From: Vicinamibacterales bacterium
Lineage (GTDB): Bacteria > Acidobacteriota > Vicinamibacteria > Vicinamibacterales > UBA8438
NCBI GenBank assembly: GCA_965222265.1
Contig: CBDCTP010000003.1
Coordinates: 1,222,280 to 1,286,279 of the forward strand
Direction of reading: 5' to 3'
Length of the DNA: 64,000 bases
Part shown: one piece after another, positions 25,873 to 35,814 of the stretch
How the letters are laid out: each line of letters begins with the position of its first letter
How positions within the stretch are numbered: the stretch's first letter is position 1
Notes under the pieces: generated by a model
What the model saw: the letters and a program-made list of their open reading frames with translations, nothing else
What the model was told of the DNA's origin: nothing
Database searches by the model: none
Position numbers and translations under genes: made by a program

Positions 25873-26858
25873 AGACGTTGCGTTTCGCCGTCGCCGTCGC
25901 GTTGCTGGCGAGCCCCGCGCTGCTCGTCGCCCAGCGGGCCAACCTCCGGCTCGGCACGATCCTGCCCGCCAACTCGGTCTGGGACCGGGCCCTCAAGCAG
26001 ATGGCGTCGGAGTGGCAGCAGGCGACCGACGGGCGCGTGCGCCTGCAGGTGCGCGGCACCGCCGGCGACGAGGCCACCATCATCCGGCGGATGCGGCTGA
26101 ACAATCCCCAGGTAGCCGCCCTCACGCTGCCCGGCCTGACGGAGGTCGACGAGTCGTTCAACGTCTTCGGCATCCCGTTCTTCTTCGCGTCGGACGCGGA
26201 GGCGGTGCACGTGCTCGAGGCGCTCACCCCGCTGTATCGCGAGAAGCTCGCGGAGCGGGGCCTCGTCCTGCTCGGCTGGGGGCACGGCGGTTGGGCGCAC
26301 ATCTTCTCGGCGAACCCGATACGCGGCATTCCCGACCTGCAGGCGGCGAAGCTGTACACCTCGGCCGGCGACGACGGCATGGTGCAGTGGTACAAGGAGA
26401 ACGGCTTCCAGCCGGTGCCGCTCGAGCTGACCGACGTGCTGATGGGGCTGAACACCGGCCTCATCGACGCCTATCCGAGCCCGCCGTACGGCGCGCTGGT
26501 GTTCCAGTGGTACCGCCAGACGTCCCACATGCTCGACATCCCGCTCAGTCCGGTCTTCGGCGCCACCGTCATGACCGAGCGCGCCTGGGGCCGCATCGAG
26601 GAGGCCGACCGGGAAGCGCTGCTCGCGGCGGCGGCCGAGATGCAGGCGTTCCTCTTCGACGAGGTGCCCCGCCAGGACCAGGAGGCGGTGGCCGAGATGG
26701 AGAAGCGGGGGCTGACGCTGTCCACCGTCGGCGAGCCCGAGGTCGCCCTGCTGCGCGCCATCGTGGACACCCTGACGGCCACCTGGCGCGGCGACCGCGT
26801 GCCGGCGGACATCTACGACGCGGCGCTGTCCGCCCGCAGCGCGTTCCGGGCCAACTGA
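25869..26858 (+). CDS. TRAP transporter substrate-binding protein (DctP family)
   Basis: Signal peptide, then [22 protein letters not shown], with DctP-like blocks throughout. Confidence 0.8.
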   Translation: MKTLRFAVAVALLASPALLVAQRANLRLGTILPANSVWDRALKQMASEWQQATDGRVRLQVRGTAGDEATIIRRMRLNNPQVAALTLPGLTEVDESFNVFGIPFFFASDAEAVHVLEALTPLYREKLAERGLVLLGWGHGGWAHIFSANPIRGIPDLQAAKLYTSAGDDGMVQWYKENGFQPVPLELTDVLMGLNTGLIDAYPSPPYGALVFQWYRQTSHMLDIPLSPVFGATVMTERAWGRIEEADREALLAAAAEMQAFLFDEVPRQDQEAVAEMEKRGLTLSTVGEPEVALLRAIVDTLTATWRGDRVPADIYDAALSARSAFRAN

Positions 26859-26890
26859 GGCTGCTGGGGGCTCGCGCGGTTGGGACACGC

Positions 26891-28890
26891 ATGAACCCAG
26901 GCTCCATCGTCCGCTGCCGGAACCGCGACTGGGTACTGCTGCCGAGCGACAATCCCGAAATCCATCACCTGCGGCCACTGACGGGGGTCACGGACGACCT
27001 GGTCGCTGTTCACCGACAACTGTCGGACCTGGTAGGTTCCGAACTTCCCGAGGAACGGCTGCGCCCGGCGAGGTTCCCGCTGCCAACCCCGGACGACGTG
27101 GCGGACGCCGCCGGGGCGCATCTGCTCTGGCAGGCCGCTCGTCTGACCTTGCGCGAGGGCGCTGCCCCCTTCAGGTCGTTGGGGCGTATCTCGATTCGGC
27201 CAAGGTCGTATCAGTTCGTCCCGCTCCTCATGGCGCTCCGGCTCGACCCGTGCGACTGCTGATCGCCGACGAGGTCGGTGTCGGCAAGACGATCGAAGCC
27301 CTGCTGATCGCACGAGAACTGCTCGACAGGTGGCGAGCATCGACTTCTTGAAGACCGATCGGAACCGGCATGCGCCGCGGCTCGTCGAGCGACGAGGTGT
27401 CCCATTCGCCGAATGCCGGCCGCAGCAGCGCGAGCAGCGAGCGGAACGCCGACGACGAGTTCGCTACTGGGGGGCTCTGGCGCTGCTGGGTTGCGTGATG
27501 TCGAGCCCGGCGGCGGCGGTCGCGGCCCTGGCGGCGCGCCGCGGCGCGCAGGCGTTCGACCCGGACGCACTAGATCAAGCGAGGCTCGTCGAGCCATCCG
27601 ACGACCGGGTCGACGATGATCCGCCGGCCGGTCCCATCTCTTCGGTGATCTCGACGTTCGACGCGGCCGGACAGAAGCAGTTGCGGGACATCGCGCGTCG
27701 CGCGGAAGCCCTCCACCATACCCAGGACGACGGGAAACTCAGCGGCTGCGCCGGTTTGGTATCCGGCCTGCTCCGAGCAGGTCACCATCCCATCGTCTGG
27801 TGCCGCTACGTCGCGACCGCGGACTACGTGGCGGATGGTCTACGACGAACGTTGCAGCGAGACTACGCGGACCTGCGTGTCGCCTCGATCACCGGTCGGA
27901 TCGGCGACGAGGAGCGCCGGGCGCGGGTGCGGGAGCTCGCTTGCGAGCCGCGCCGGGTGCTGGTGGCGACCGACTGCCTCAGCGAGGGGATCAACCTGCA
28001 GGAGGGGTTCAGCGCTGTCGTGCACTACGACCTGCCCTGGAATCCGAATCGACTCGAGCAGCGCGAGGGGCGCGTCGACCGCTATGGTCAGTCGGCCCGA
28101 GTCGTGAGAGCAGTCCGCTACTTCTGCCCGGACAGCCCGGTCGACGGCGTCGTGTTGGACGTCCTGCTGAAGGCCCGTGAGATTCACAAGGTGCGACGTC
28201 GAGCGCGAGCGGATCAACCGCACGCGGTTCGCGCAGCGAGCGATCAAGCCCGAGGCGGTGCAGCGGGAGCTGGAGGCGACCGATGACGTTCTCGGTGACC
28301 CCGATGCGGTGCGGGGGTTCGTGCTCGACGCCGGGCAACGCCTCGGCCTCGGGATTGTGGCCGACAGACGCACGGACGTGTTTCGGGTTCCCGCGGACAC
28401 GGCCTCACGGGCAGACATGCCGCCAGCGGTGCGCTTCGCGATGCCGCCAACGGCCGGACCCATGTGGCGGATCAGCTTCACGTCGCCGACCCCCGACGGC
28501 GCCGAGCATCTGGGGCGCAACCACCCGTTCGTTGCGGCGCTGGCCCGCTTCCTGATGGAGGAGGCTCTCGTGTGGGTGCGGGGCGCGGCCTGGGGGCCGC
28601 GTGGCGCGCAACCGGAGTGGCTGCCGGACGACGAGGCGCTAAACCTGGCCGCGTCGCCCGACGCCAACGTGCCGCCTGCAGAAAAGCGGCAGCTGATTGC
28701 GGCGGCCCTGGATTTCTGGCCGGCGCTGCAGGACGGACTCCGCGCGCCGCTTGCGGATCGCGCCGCCGCGCTGCGTGACAGTCACAGTCGCGTGCGCCGG
28801 GCGGTGAGCCAGCGCGTGCGGCAACTGGCCGTCGTCCCCCAGCATCCTCCAGACCTCGTCGGCATGCTCCTGCTTCAGCCGGTGGTCTGA
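26891..28890 (+). pseudogene. Disrupted SF2 (SNF2/DEAD-like) helicase of a restriction-modification/defense type
   Basis: The N-terminus ([19 protein letters not shown]..) breaks at a 1-nt loss in the CCC run at 27247-27249, just before motif I ([26 protein letters not shown]). The region between motif I and the C-terminal helicase domain is far too short, indicating a large deletion. The helicase-C motifs are present (VLVATDCLSEGINLQ, HYDLPWNPNRLEQREGRVDRYGQ). A second frame break lies near 28185-28200. Confidence 0.7.
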
Positions 28891-28919
28891 CGCACGTGGC
28901 CGATTGCGAGCGCTCGTGC

Positions 28920-29952
<1,033 letters not shown>

Positions 29953-29977
<25 letters not shown>

Positions 29978-30273
29978 CACCTTCAACTGCCGAGCTGGCG
30001 GATGGAGCCGGGAGACCAGATACGCGTGCGCCCGCCGATAGCTGCCTGGACTTCTATCGCCTGTTCCTGGAGTGGATGGATGTTGCTACCGCCTCCAAAC
30101 CCATCGGCGCCGATGACATCGCCGAGAGTCTCAACTTGAACAAGACTCAGGCGACCGCATGGCTTAAGAGGGACATTGTCGACAAGCGTATCAGGAAGCT
30201 CGTGAAGCCCATCCGCTACCAGGCTGTTCGACCCCCAGGCGGCCAAGCGTCGCTGTTGCGGGACGAAGCATGA
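29953..30273 (+). CDS. Hypothetical protein with a C-terminal winged-helix-like segment (possibly the 3' remnant of the truncated gene at 29495)
   Basis: IGADDIAESLNLNKTQATAWLKRDIVDKRIRKLVKPIRYQ looks like a wHTH. Local GC is lower than the surroundings. It overlaps the previous ORF in another frame. Confidence 0.3.
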
Positions 30274-30374
30274 GCAGGCGCGGTTCGTAGCCAGCGATGG
30301 ATCGCAGGCCGATCCGAATGAATGTGTCGCTTGCCATCGTGCGCCGCGCACCGCCCGCGCTACAGAGGTGGGGT

Positions 30375-30959
30375 TCAGGCGCGCCGGTAGATCCCTCTCG
30401 CACGCGTGAGGAGGCCGCCAACGATCAGCTCGCGTCGCAGCGTCGCGAAGTCGGGATGGCGCCTGCCGATGATCTCGTTGACCTCCTTCTCGGCGTAGTC
30501 CCGGCCGGGCTCGAAGTCCTCCACCAGCCAGCGCAGGATGACCTGCCGCTTCTTCAGGCTGGCGGGGATCTCCTTCAGCCGCTCGCCGTCCAGGAAGTTC
30601 GCGAGCACCTTCGTCTCGGCCGCGTCGGCGCCGACACCCGCTGCATCCGCCGTGAGCGAGGCGATGCGCTCGGGTGTCCGGAGCCCCGCGCGCAGCCGCG
30701 CGAGCCCCGTGGTGTCAAGCCGGTAGTAGTGCGTGGTCCCGGCCGAGCGCATGCCGACGAGCCGGGCGTCCCGTAGCTTCGCCAGGTGGTGCGAGACGGT
30801 GGACGCCTTGACCGCCAGCAGCGAGGCAAGCTCGGAAACGCTCCGCTCCCGCCCGGCGACGAGCCCGAGGATGGTCAGCCGACTCTCGTCGGCGAGGGCC
30901 TTCAGTATCTCGAGCTCGGCCCCGGGGGTTGCTTCCTCCGTCGTGTCGACATCCATCAA
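30375..30959 (-). CDS. ArsR-family transcriptional regulator fused to a DUF2087 domain
   Basis: LKALADESRLTILGLVAGRERSVSELASLLAVKASTVSHHLAKLRDARLV is an ArsR HTH. The C-terminal PASLKKRQVILRWLVEDFEPGRDYAEKEVNEII..HPDFATLRRELI resembles DUF2087. Confidence 0.8.
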   Translation of the reverse strand: MMDVDTTEEATPGAELEILKALADESRLTILGLVAGRERSVSELASLLAVKASTVSHHLAKLRDARLVGMRSAGTTHYYRLDTTGLARLRAGLRTPERIASLTADAAGVGADAAETKVLANFLDGERLKEIPASLKKRQVILRWLVEDFEPGRDYAEKEVNEIIGRRHPDFATLRRELIVGGLLTRARGIYRRA

Positions 30960-31013
30960 TTTAGATGATTGTCGAAATAGCGGTGTCGCGGCAAGACGGA
31001 GCTTCGTGGATTC

Positions 31014-31256
31014 CTACTTGCTGTGCCGCCGTTCGTCGCGCCACTGCTGGTGCAGCCGCATCGCCTGGAGCGCGGCCGGGGCAAGGAGACGGGCGACGAG
31101 AAAGACGACCAACCAGGCAGCCAGGACCCCGTACCACTCACTCGCGAGCGAGAGGTCGCCGCCCCCGAGCCGGCGACCGATCATGATCCCGCTCACCTGT
31201 GCGATCGTCATCCCGGACGCAATCAACGCCGCATAGCTCCACGGCGACAGGTTCAT
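31014..31256 (-). CDS. Small membrane protein (hypothetical), upstream of and co-oriented with the ArsR gene
   Basis: MNLSPWSYAALIASGMTIAQVSGIMIG..WYGVLAAWLVVFLVARLL has two predicted TM helices. The start is the internal ATG. Confidence 0.45.
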   Translation of the reverse strand: MNLSPWSYAALIASGMTIAQVSGIMIGRRLGGGDLSLASEWYGVLAAWLVVFLVARLLAPAALQAMRLHQQWRDERRHSK

Positions 31257-31329
31257 GGCCCAGGCGTGCACGCGCCGGGGGGCGGTTCCTGCGGCAGAGA
31301 CGTTCCTGACCGCCGCCGACGGACCCGGT

Positions 31330-31980
31330 TCAGGAGTGCGGGTCAATGGAGATCACCGTAGCACCTACCCTGAGGTTATCCCGATCTCGTGGATACTGTC
31401 GCAGCGCCGGGCAGAGCCGCCGAACGGGCATGCCTGGTAGTGGTCCGAATCCGAAGCGAGCGGCCGCCGAACAGGCTGTCAACCCCAAAGTGCGCGCCGC
31501 ATAGAAGAAGGTCGAAGTCGGGTCGTCGAGCGCGCCGGCCAAGCCAGCCGCCGTGCCCTCGCTCGGCGCCCGACGGCGCGCCAGCGAGGCCGATCCACCG
31601 CTGGCGCACGCTGCTTGCATGGCGCAGCAGCGCCGAACCGGAATCGCCACAGACCGCCGCGCCGCGGCGACCGAGTCTGGCGTGACCTCGGCCGTGAGCC
31701 CGCGAGTACGCGTTCAGCGCCCAGATCGAGGGAGTGCCGGATTGCGAATGGAGCAGCCCGCGCGCAAGCGGGCAAGGCTGGTGCCGGCTTACGAGACCAT
31801 GAGCCAGAGGCGTCGCACGAATTGCAGATAGACGGACCGACGGTCCTGCGAACGCCCCGCGTCGGTCACCCGTCGGACCGAGGTGTAGGGGGTCTGGCGA
31901 AGCGGCGCGGCGGAGAGCCGCAGCCGCGGGTGGGCATTACGGGCGACGGTTCTCCCGTTCGCCTGTCGTCGTGTGGGCAT
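31330..31980 (-). pseudogene. Possible amidase-signature-family gene relic (multiple frame changes)
   Basis: A strong RBS and ATG (cacacAGGAGGaaaccATG at 31980) lead into a short ORF. The other two minus frames show APFAIRHSLDLGAERVLAGS, LWRFRFGAAAPCKQ and ASGGSASLA..GLT..RFGFG. These loosely parallel the amidase blocks GVPFAIKDxxDVAGxxTxAGS, xxRLRxAGAxxxGKT and GGSSGGSAAxVA..GLKP..GR. Confidence 0.3.
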
Positions 31981-32040
31981 GGTTTCCTCCTGTGTGCCAC
32001 GGGCAGGGCTGATCGCGACCTGCCCAACTCTCTATCTTAA

Positions 32041-34127
32041 CCCAAGTTTAACAGCGGCATTGCTAAGCTACTGTAGAATCAGCGGTTTACGCTGGCAAGA
32101 ATGCTCAAGTGGCACTACAAACGTGCGCAAACCGGGAACGGGTCGGTCAGATGGTCGTCTTGCGGACGCCTCCCGGTTGCGGGTCGATGCCGAGCGCGTC
32201 GTAGATGGCCCGCTGTTCGGGTTCGGCTTGCGTGGCGGTGCGCACGTGCAGGGTGCGTCGGTCGGGGCGCCGGAAGGTGGCGGTGACGCGCTGCTGGCCT
32301 TCGAGGATGCGGCGTAGCGTGGTCCAACTGGCGTGTTCGCCGTGGGCTCGCAGCCGGGTGCGGATGACCTGCACGAGCTGGTAGGCGATGACGGTGATGA
32401 ACAGGTGGCCGTCGGCCCGCTGCGGCTTGTGGTGGTAGATGGGGCGCAGGCCGAGTTCGGACTTGAGCGCGCGGAAGACGGCCTCGACGTCGGTGAGGGT
32501 GGTGTAGGTGCGCCACAAGGCGTCTTCGTCCCAGTCGGTCTCGCTGCTGCGCAGGCAATAGACGCCCGGATGGGTGGCCATCGAGCCATCCTGGGGCCGG
32601 CGGGTCCAGGTGACGGCGGCGGCCTTCTCACCGGTCCGGTCGGGGGTGACCTCGATCTGGTAGTGCTTGGCGACGCGGGTATGCCTGGCTCTGAGTCGCC
32701 CGATGCGCTGCCAGACCTGTCCGAGGCGCTTGTGGGCGCGGGGGCGCGCCAGCCCGTCGTTGAGCTGGGCGAGGGCGGCCTCGAAGCGGGTGGCGAATCG
32801 CTCGACGATGGCCTGCTCCTTTTCGGCCCGCTGCTCCGAGTAGCAGTACAGGCGGACCTCGTCGGGGTCGGTCGAGACCACCTTGTGCAGATGCACGGTC
32901 TGTTTGGATTGCGTTTGGATCGCCACGGCGGCATCGGCGTCGACTTGCCGGTGGCGTTCGCGGCTGACGACCAGATAGCGGTAGCCGTTGTCGCGCAGCC
33001 ACCCGATGGCGGCTTCGGTGGCGACGCCGCGGTCCATGACCACCAGGGCGCCGGCCGGCGCGTCGAGAGCCTCCAGCATGCCGGCCAGCGTGCGGTGCTC
33101 GCGGACGTTACCGCTGAAGACCTGCGAGCGGCGCACGAAGCCGCTGGCGTCGAGCATCAGGCCCAGGGTCAGCAGCGGACAGTCGCTGCGCTTCTCCTTC
33201 GAGTGTCCGCGCTTGGCCTGCGGCTGCGCGCCCGCCTCGCCTTCGAAATAGGTGTTGGTCAGGTCGTAGAGCGTCACCGTCGGCTGCAGGTCGAACAGCC
33301 CCATGGCGCGCTCGAACAGATGTGCCTCGATCGCCTCGCGATGCTTCACCAGCGCGTCCGAGGCGCGGTAGAGCTGCATCGAGCTGACGGTCTCGAAGTC
33401 GACGCCGAGCAACTCGCCGAGGCCGCTGCGCGTTTGCAGCCAGCGGTGCGTCGCGCGCTCCGAGGCCGGCCGGGCCAGACGCCCGACGACGGCGCCGGCC
33501 GCCGCGGTGCGCAACGCGCCGTTGACGCCCAACTCGGCCAGCAGGGTCGGCAGGCCCAATTGCTCCAGGGCCCACAGGCCGACCTGCTCGACGCCGACGC
33601 TGCGGGGGCGGACCAGGCGCAGCGAGTCGACGTCGACCGGCTGCACGTCTGGCGGCCCGGCGGCCGGTCCCTGCGCGGGTGTGCCGCGGGCGATCAACTG
33701 TGCGGCTATCCGTTGGGCTTCGTGTTCGACGGCGGTCGGGCAGTCGGCGACCAACGGCGTCTGGCCGGTCAGGATGTCGTCGATGCGGGAGCAGAGCAGC
33801 GGCCATTGCGCTTGGGGAATGTCGAAGTGGCGTCCGAGATTGAGCAGGGTGCGCTGGCGGACGGCGTTTGCCGATGCGCTCGGAGTGGACGAGGCGATGC
33901 GAGAAGCAGGGCTGTCCGTCTTCGGTCCGCCGGGTTTGTGTGCGCCGAATGAACATGCGCCCACGATAGCGGGTGCACGTTCCCCGAAGCAAGACATTCC
34001 TGACGATTATGGCACTACATTCCGCTCCGCCAACCCCCGCTTCTTTAGAATCAACAAGTTACGGGCCTGCGACCCCTGAAATATCGCCCAAATCTACAAA
34101 ATCGTCGGGAATCCTGTTAAACATGGG
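32041..34127 (-). mobile_element. IS1634-family (IS4-superfamily) insertion sequence
   Basis: Terminal inverted repeats are CCCAAGTTTAACAG (32041-32054) and the reverse complement of 34114-34127, CCCATGTTTAACAG (13 of 14 match). It carries a single large DDE transposase gene and its ends have lower GC. No flanking direct repeat is evident. Confidence 0.8.
32147..33956 (-). pseudogene. IS1634-family DDE transposase with a +1 frame break near the N-terminus
   Basis: MFIRRTQTRRTEDGQPCFSHRLVHSERIGKR (frame of the 33992 ORF) continues as VRQRTLLNLGRHF.. in the frame of 32147-33997. The junction is aaa-cgc-C-gtc-cgc around 33857-33869. Family motifs are LYDLTNTYFEG, KRGHSKEKRSDCPLLTLGLMLD, VVMDRG and YHHK..R..GHLFI. 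Confidence 0.8.
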
Positions 34128-34899
34128 CTAGCGTCCAGAAGAGCCGGTTGGCCACGAGCGGCGCCGTGATCTGCAGGACGCCCGCTGCCTTCTCGCGCGG
34201 CGTCCAGGCGTTGGCCTGCTCCTCCGCCTCGGCGAACGCGGACGGGTCGAGGAGCGACGCGAGCGCGGGGTTCGCGTCGCCGCCGCGCACCACCACCATG
34301 GCGACCATCCAGATCAGCATCAGCGCCGCCGCGCAGGCGAACGGCCCCGCCAGCGCGCGCGTCCGGATCGCCGCGCACAGGAACAGCGCGCCGAGCCCGG
34401 CCGCCGACGGCAGGGTCAGGATGAGCAGCGAGTGGCCGATCGCGAAGAACGGCTGCGGCCCGACCGCGTCGGGAGGAAACACGCCGAGCGCGCCGAGGGG
34501 GGGGACCAGCATGAACCCGATCCCCGTCGCGAGGGACAGCACGCAGGCGAGGCCCAGCGCGCCGACGTAGCGGCCGGCGAGGAGGGCGGGCAGCGAGACC
34601 GGCGCCGACAGCACCACCTCGTGCAGGCCGGCCGTGCGGTCGCGCACCACAACCTGCGCGAAGAGCCAGGCCCAGACGAAGAGGAGCCAGACCGCCTGCC
34701 CGCTGACCATCAGGTAGACGAGGTGCGGGCTGTTGCGCGGCACGTCGGTCGCGCCGAGGTCGCGCAGGTAGTCCGCGTTCAGCAGCACCAGCATCAGGTA
34801 GGCGATCAGCCCGGGGAACGCGATCGGGATGAGCGGCCCCCGGCAGCCGGCGCGGAACTCGTACCAGGCCTCGGCCGCCGCGAAGCGCAGGGTCGTCAT
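34117..34899 (-). CDS. ABC-2-type transporter permease, apparently 3'-truncated by the IS
   Basis: MTTLRFAAAEAWYEFRAG.. has multiple TM helices. The start overlaps the ATPase stop (ATGA). The last codons (..A-H-V) and the TAA stop lie inside the IS terminal repeat. The sequence stops at ..LVANRLFWTL, where homologs I recall continue. Confidence 0.65.
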   Translation of the reverse strand: MTTLRFAAAEAWYEFRAGCRGPLIPIAFPGLIAYLMLVLLNADYLRDLGATDVPRNSPHLVYLMVSGQAVWLLFVWAWLFAQVVVRDRTAGLHEVVLSAPVSLPALLAGRYVGALGLACVLSLATGIGFMLVPPLGALGVFPPDAVGPQPFFAIGHSLLILTLPSAAGLGALFLCAAIRTRALAGPFACAAALMLIWMVAMVVVRGGDANPALASLLDPSAFAEAEEQANAWTPREKAAGVLQITAPLVANRLFWTLAHV

Positions 34900-35795
34900 G
34901 CCACCGCCTCCTCGTCCCGGACCCCGGCGCGCGCGATCGCCGCGTGATACGCGTCCTCCAGACACGGCGCGCGGGGCGCCCACGCCTCGCCGGGCGTGAC
35001 CGGGGCTTCGACCACGATGCGCGCGCCGGCCGGCGTCGCCGAGACGTGCAGGGCATCGTCGGGCGTCGGCTCGCCGCGCGGCACCACGCGCGACCAGAGA
35101 CGGCCTTGGAGCGGCGCGGTCAGGACGGCCGGCATGCCCTCGGCGACGATGCGCCCGGCGGCGAGGATCGAGAGCCGCTCGCAGAGGCTCTCGATGTCGT
35201 CGACGATGTGGGTCGACAGGAGGACGATGTTGTCGGCCGCGATGTCGGCCAGCACCCGGTGGAAGCGGCTGCGCTCCGCCGGGTCGAGACCCGCCGTCGG
35301 CTCGTCGACGATGAGGAGCCGCGGGGCGCCGGTGAGGGCGAGGGCGATGCCGAACCGTCGCAACATGCCGCCGGAGTAGGTGACGACGGCGCGGTCGGCG
35401 TCGGCGCGGAGATTCACCCGCTCGAGGAGCTGCGCGACCTCGCGCCGCCGCTCGGACGCGTCGGTCCTGCCCTTCAGCCAGGCGAACCGCTCCAGGAGCT
35501 GCCGTCCGGTGACGGTCGGGTAGGTGCCGATGTGCTGCGGCAGGTACCCCAGCCGCCGGCGCACGTAGTCGGGGTCGGCGAGCGCGTCGACCCCGTCGAG
35601 CGTGATCGACCCGCTGTCGGGCTTCTGCAGCGTGGCCAGGGTCCGCATCAGCGTGCTCTTGCCCGCTCCGTTCGGGCCGAGCAGGCCGTAGAGGCCCGGC
35701 CCCACCGTCAGGTCGACCGCGTCGAGGGCGCGGATGCCGCCCGGGTAGGTCTTCGTCAGCCGGGTGACCTGTAGGCCTTCGATAGCGTTGGTCAT
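34896..35795 (-). CDS. ABC transporter ATP-binding protein
   Basis: GLLGPNGAGKSTLM (Walker A), YSGGMLRRFGIALAL (signature) and LLIVDEPTAGLD (Walker B). The start is the internal ATG (MTNAIEGLQV). Confidence 0.9.
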   Translation of the reverse strand: MTNAIEGLQVTRLTKTYPGGIRALDAVDLTVGPGLYGLLGPNGAGKSTLMRTLATLQKPDSGSITLDGVDALADPDYVRRRLGYLPQHIGTYPTVTGRQLLERFAWLKGRTDASERRREVAQLLERVNLRADADRAVVTYSGGMLRRFGIALALTGAPRLLIVDEPTAGLDPAERSRFHRVLADIAADNIVLLSTHIVDDIESLCERLSILAAGRIVAEGMPAVLTAPLQGRLWSRVVPRGEPTPDDALHVSATPAGARIVVEAPVTPGEAWAPRAPCLEDAYHAAIARAGVRDEEAVA

Positions 35796-35814
35796 GGCGT
35801 GCTCCAGGTGCCGG

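Noticed and set aside
34094-35056. A 320-aa ORF overlapping the ABC-2 permease in another frame
   Set aside because: The translation is Arg/Pro/Ala-rich with no TM pattern. The 34117-34899 frame gives a coherent multi-TM permease coupled to the ATPase by an ATGA overlap.
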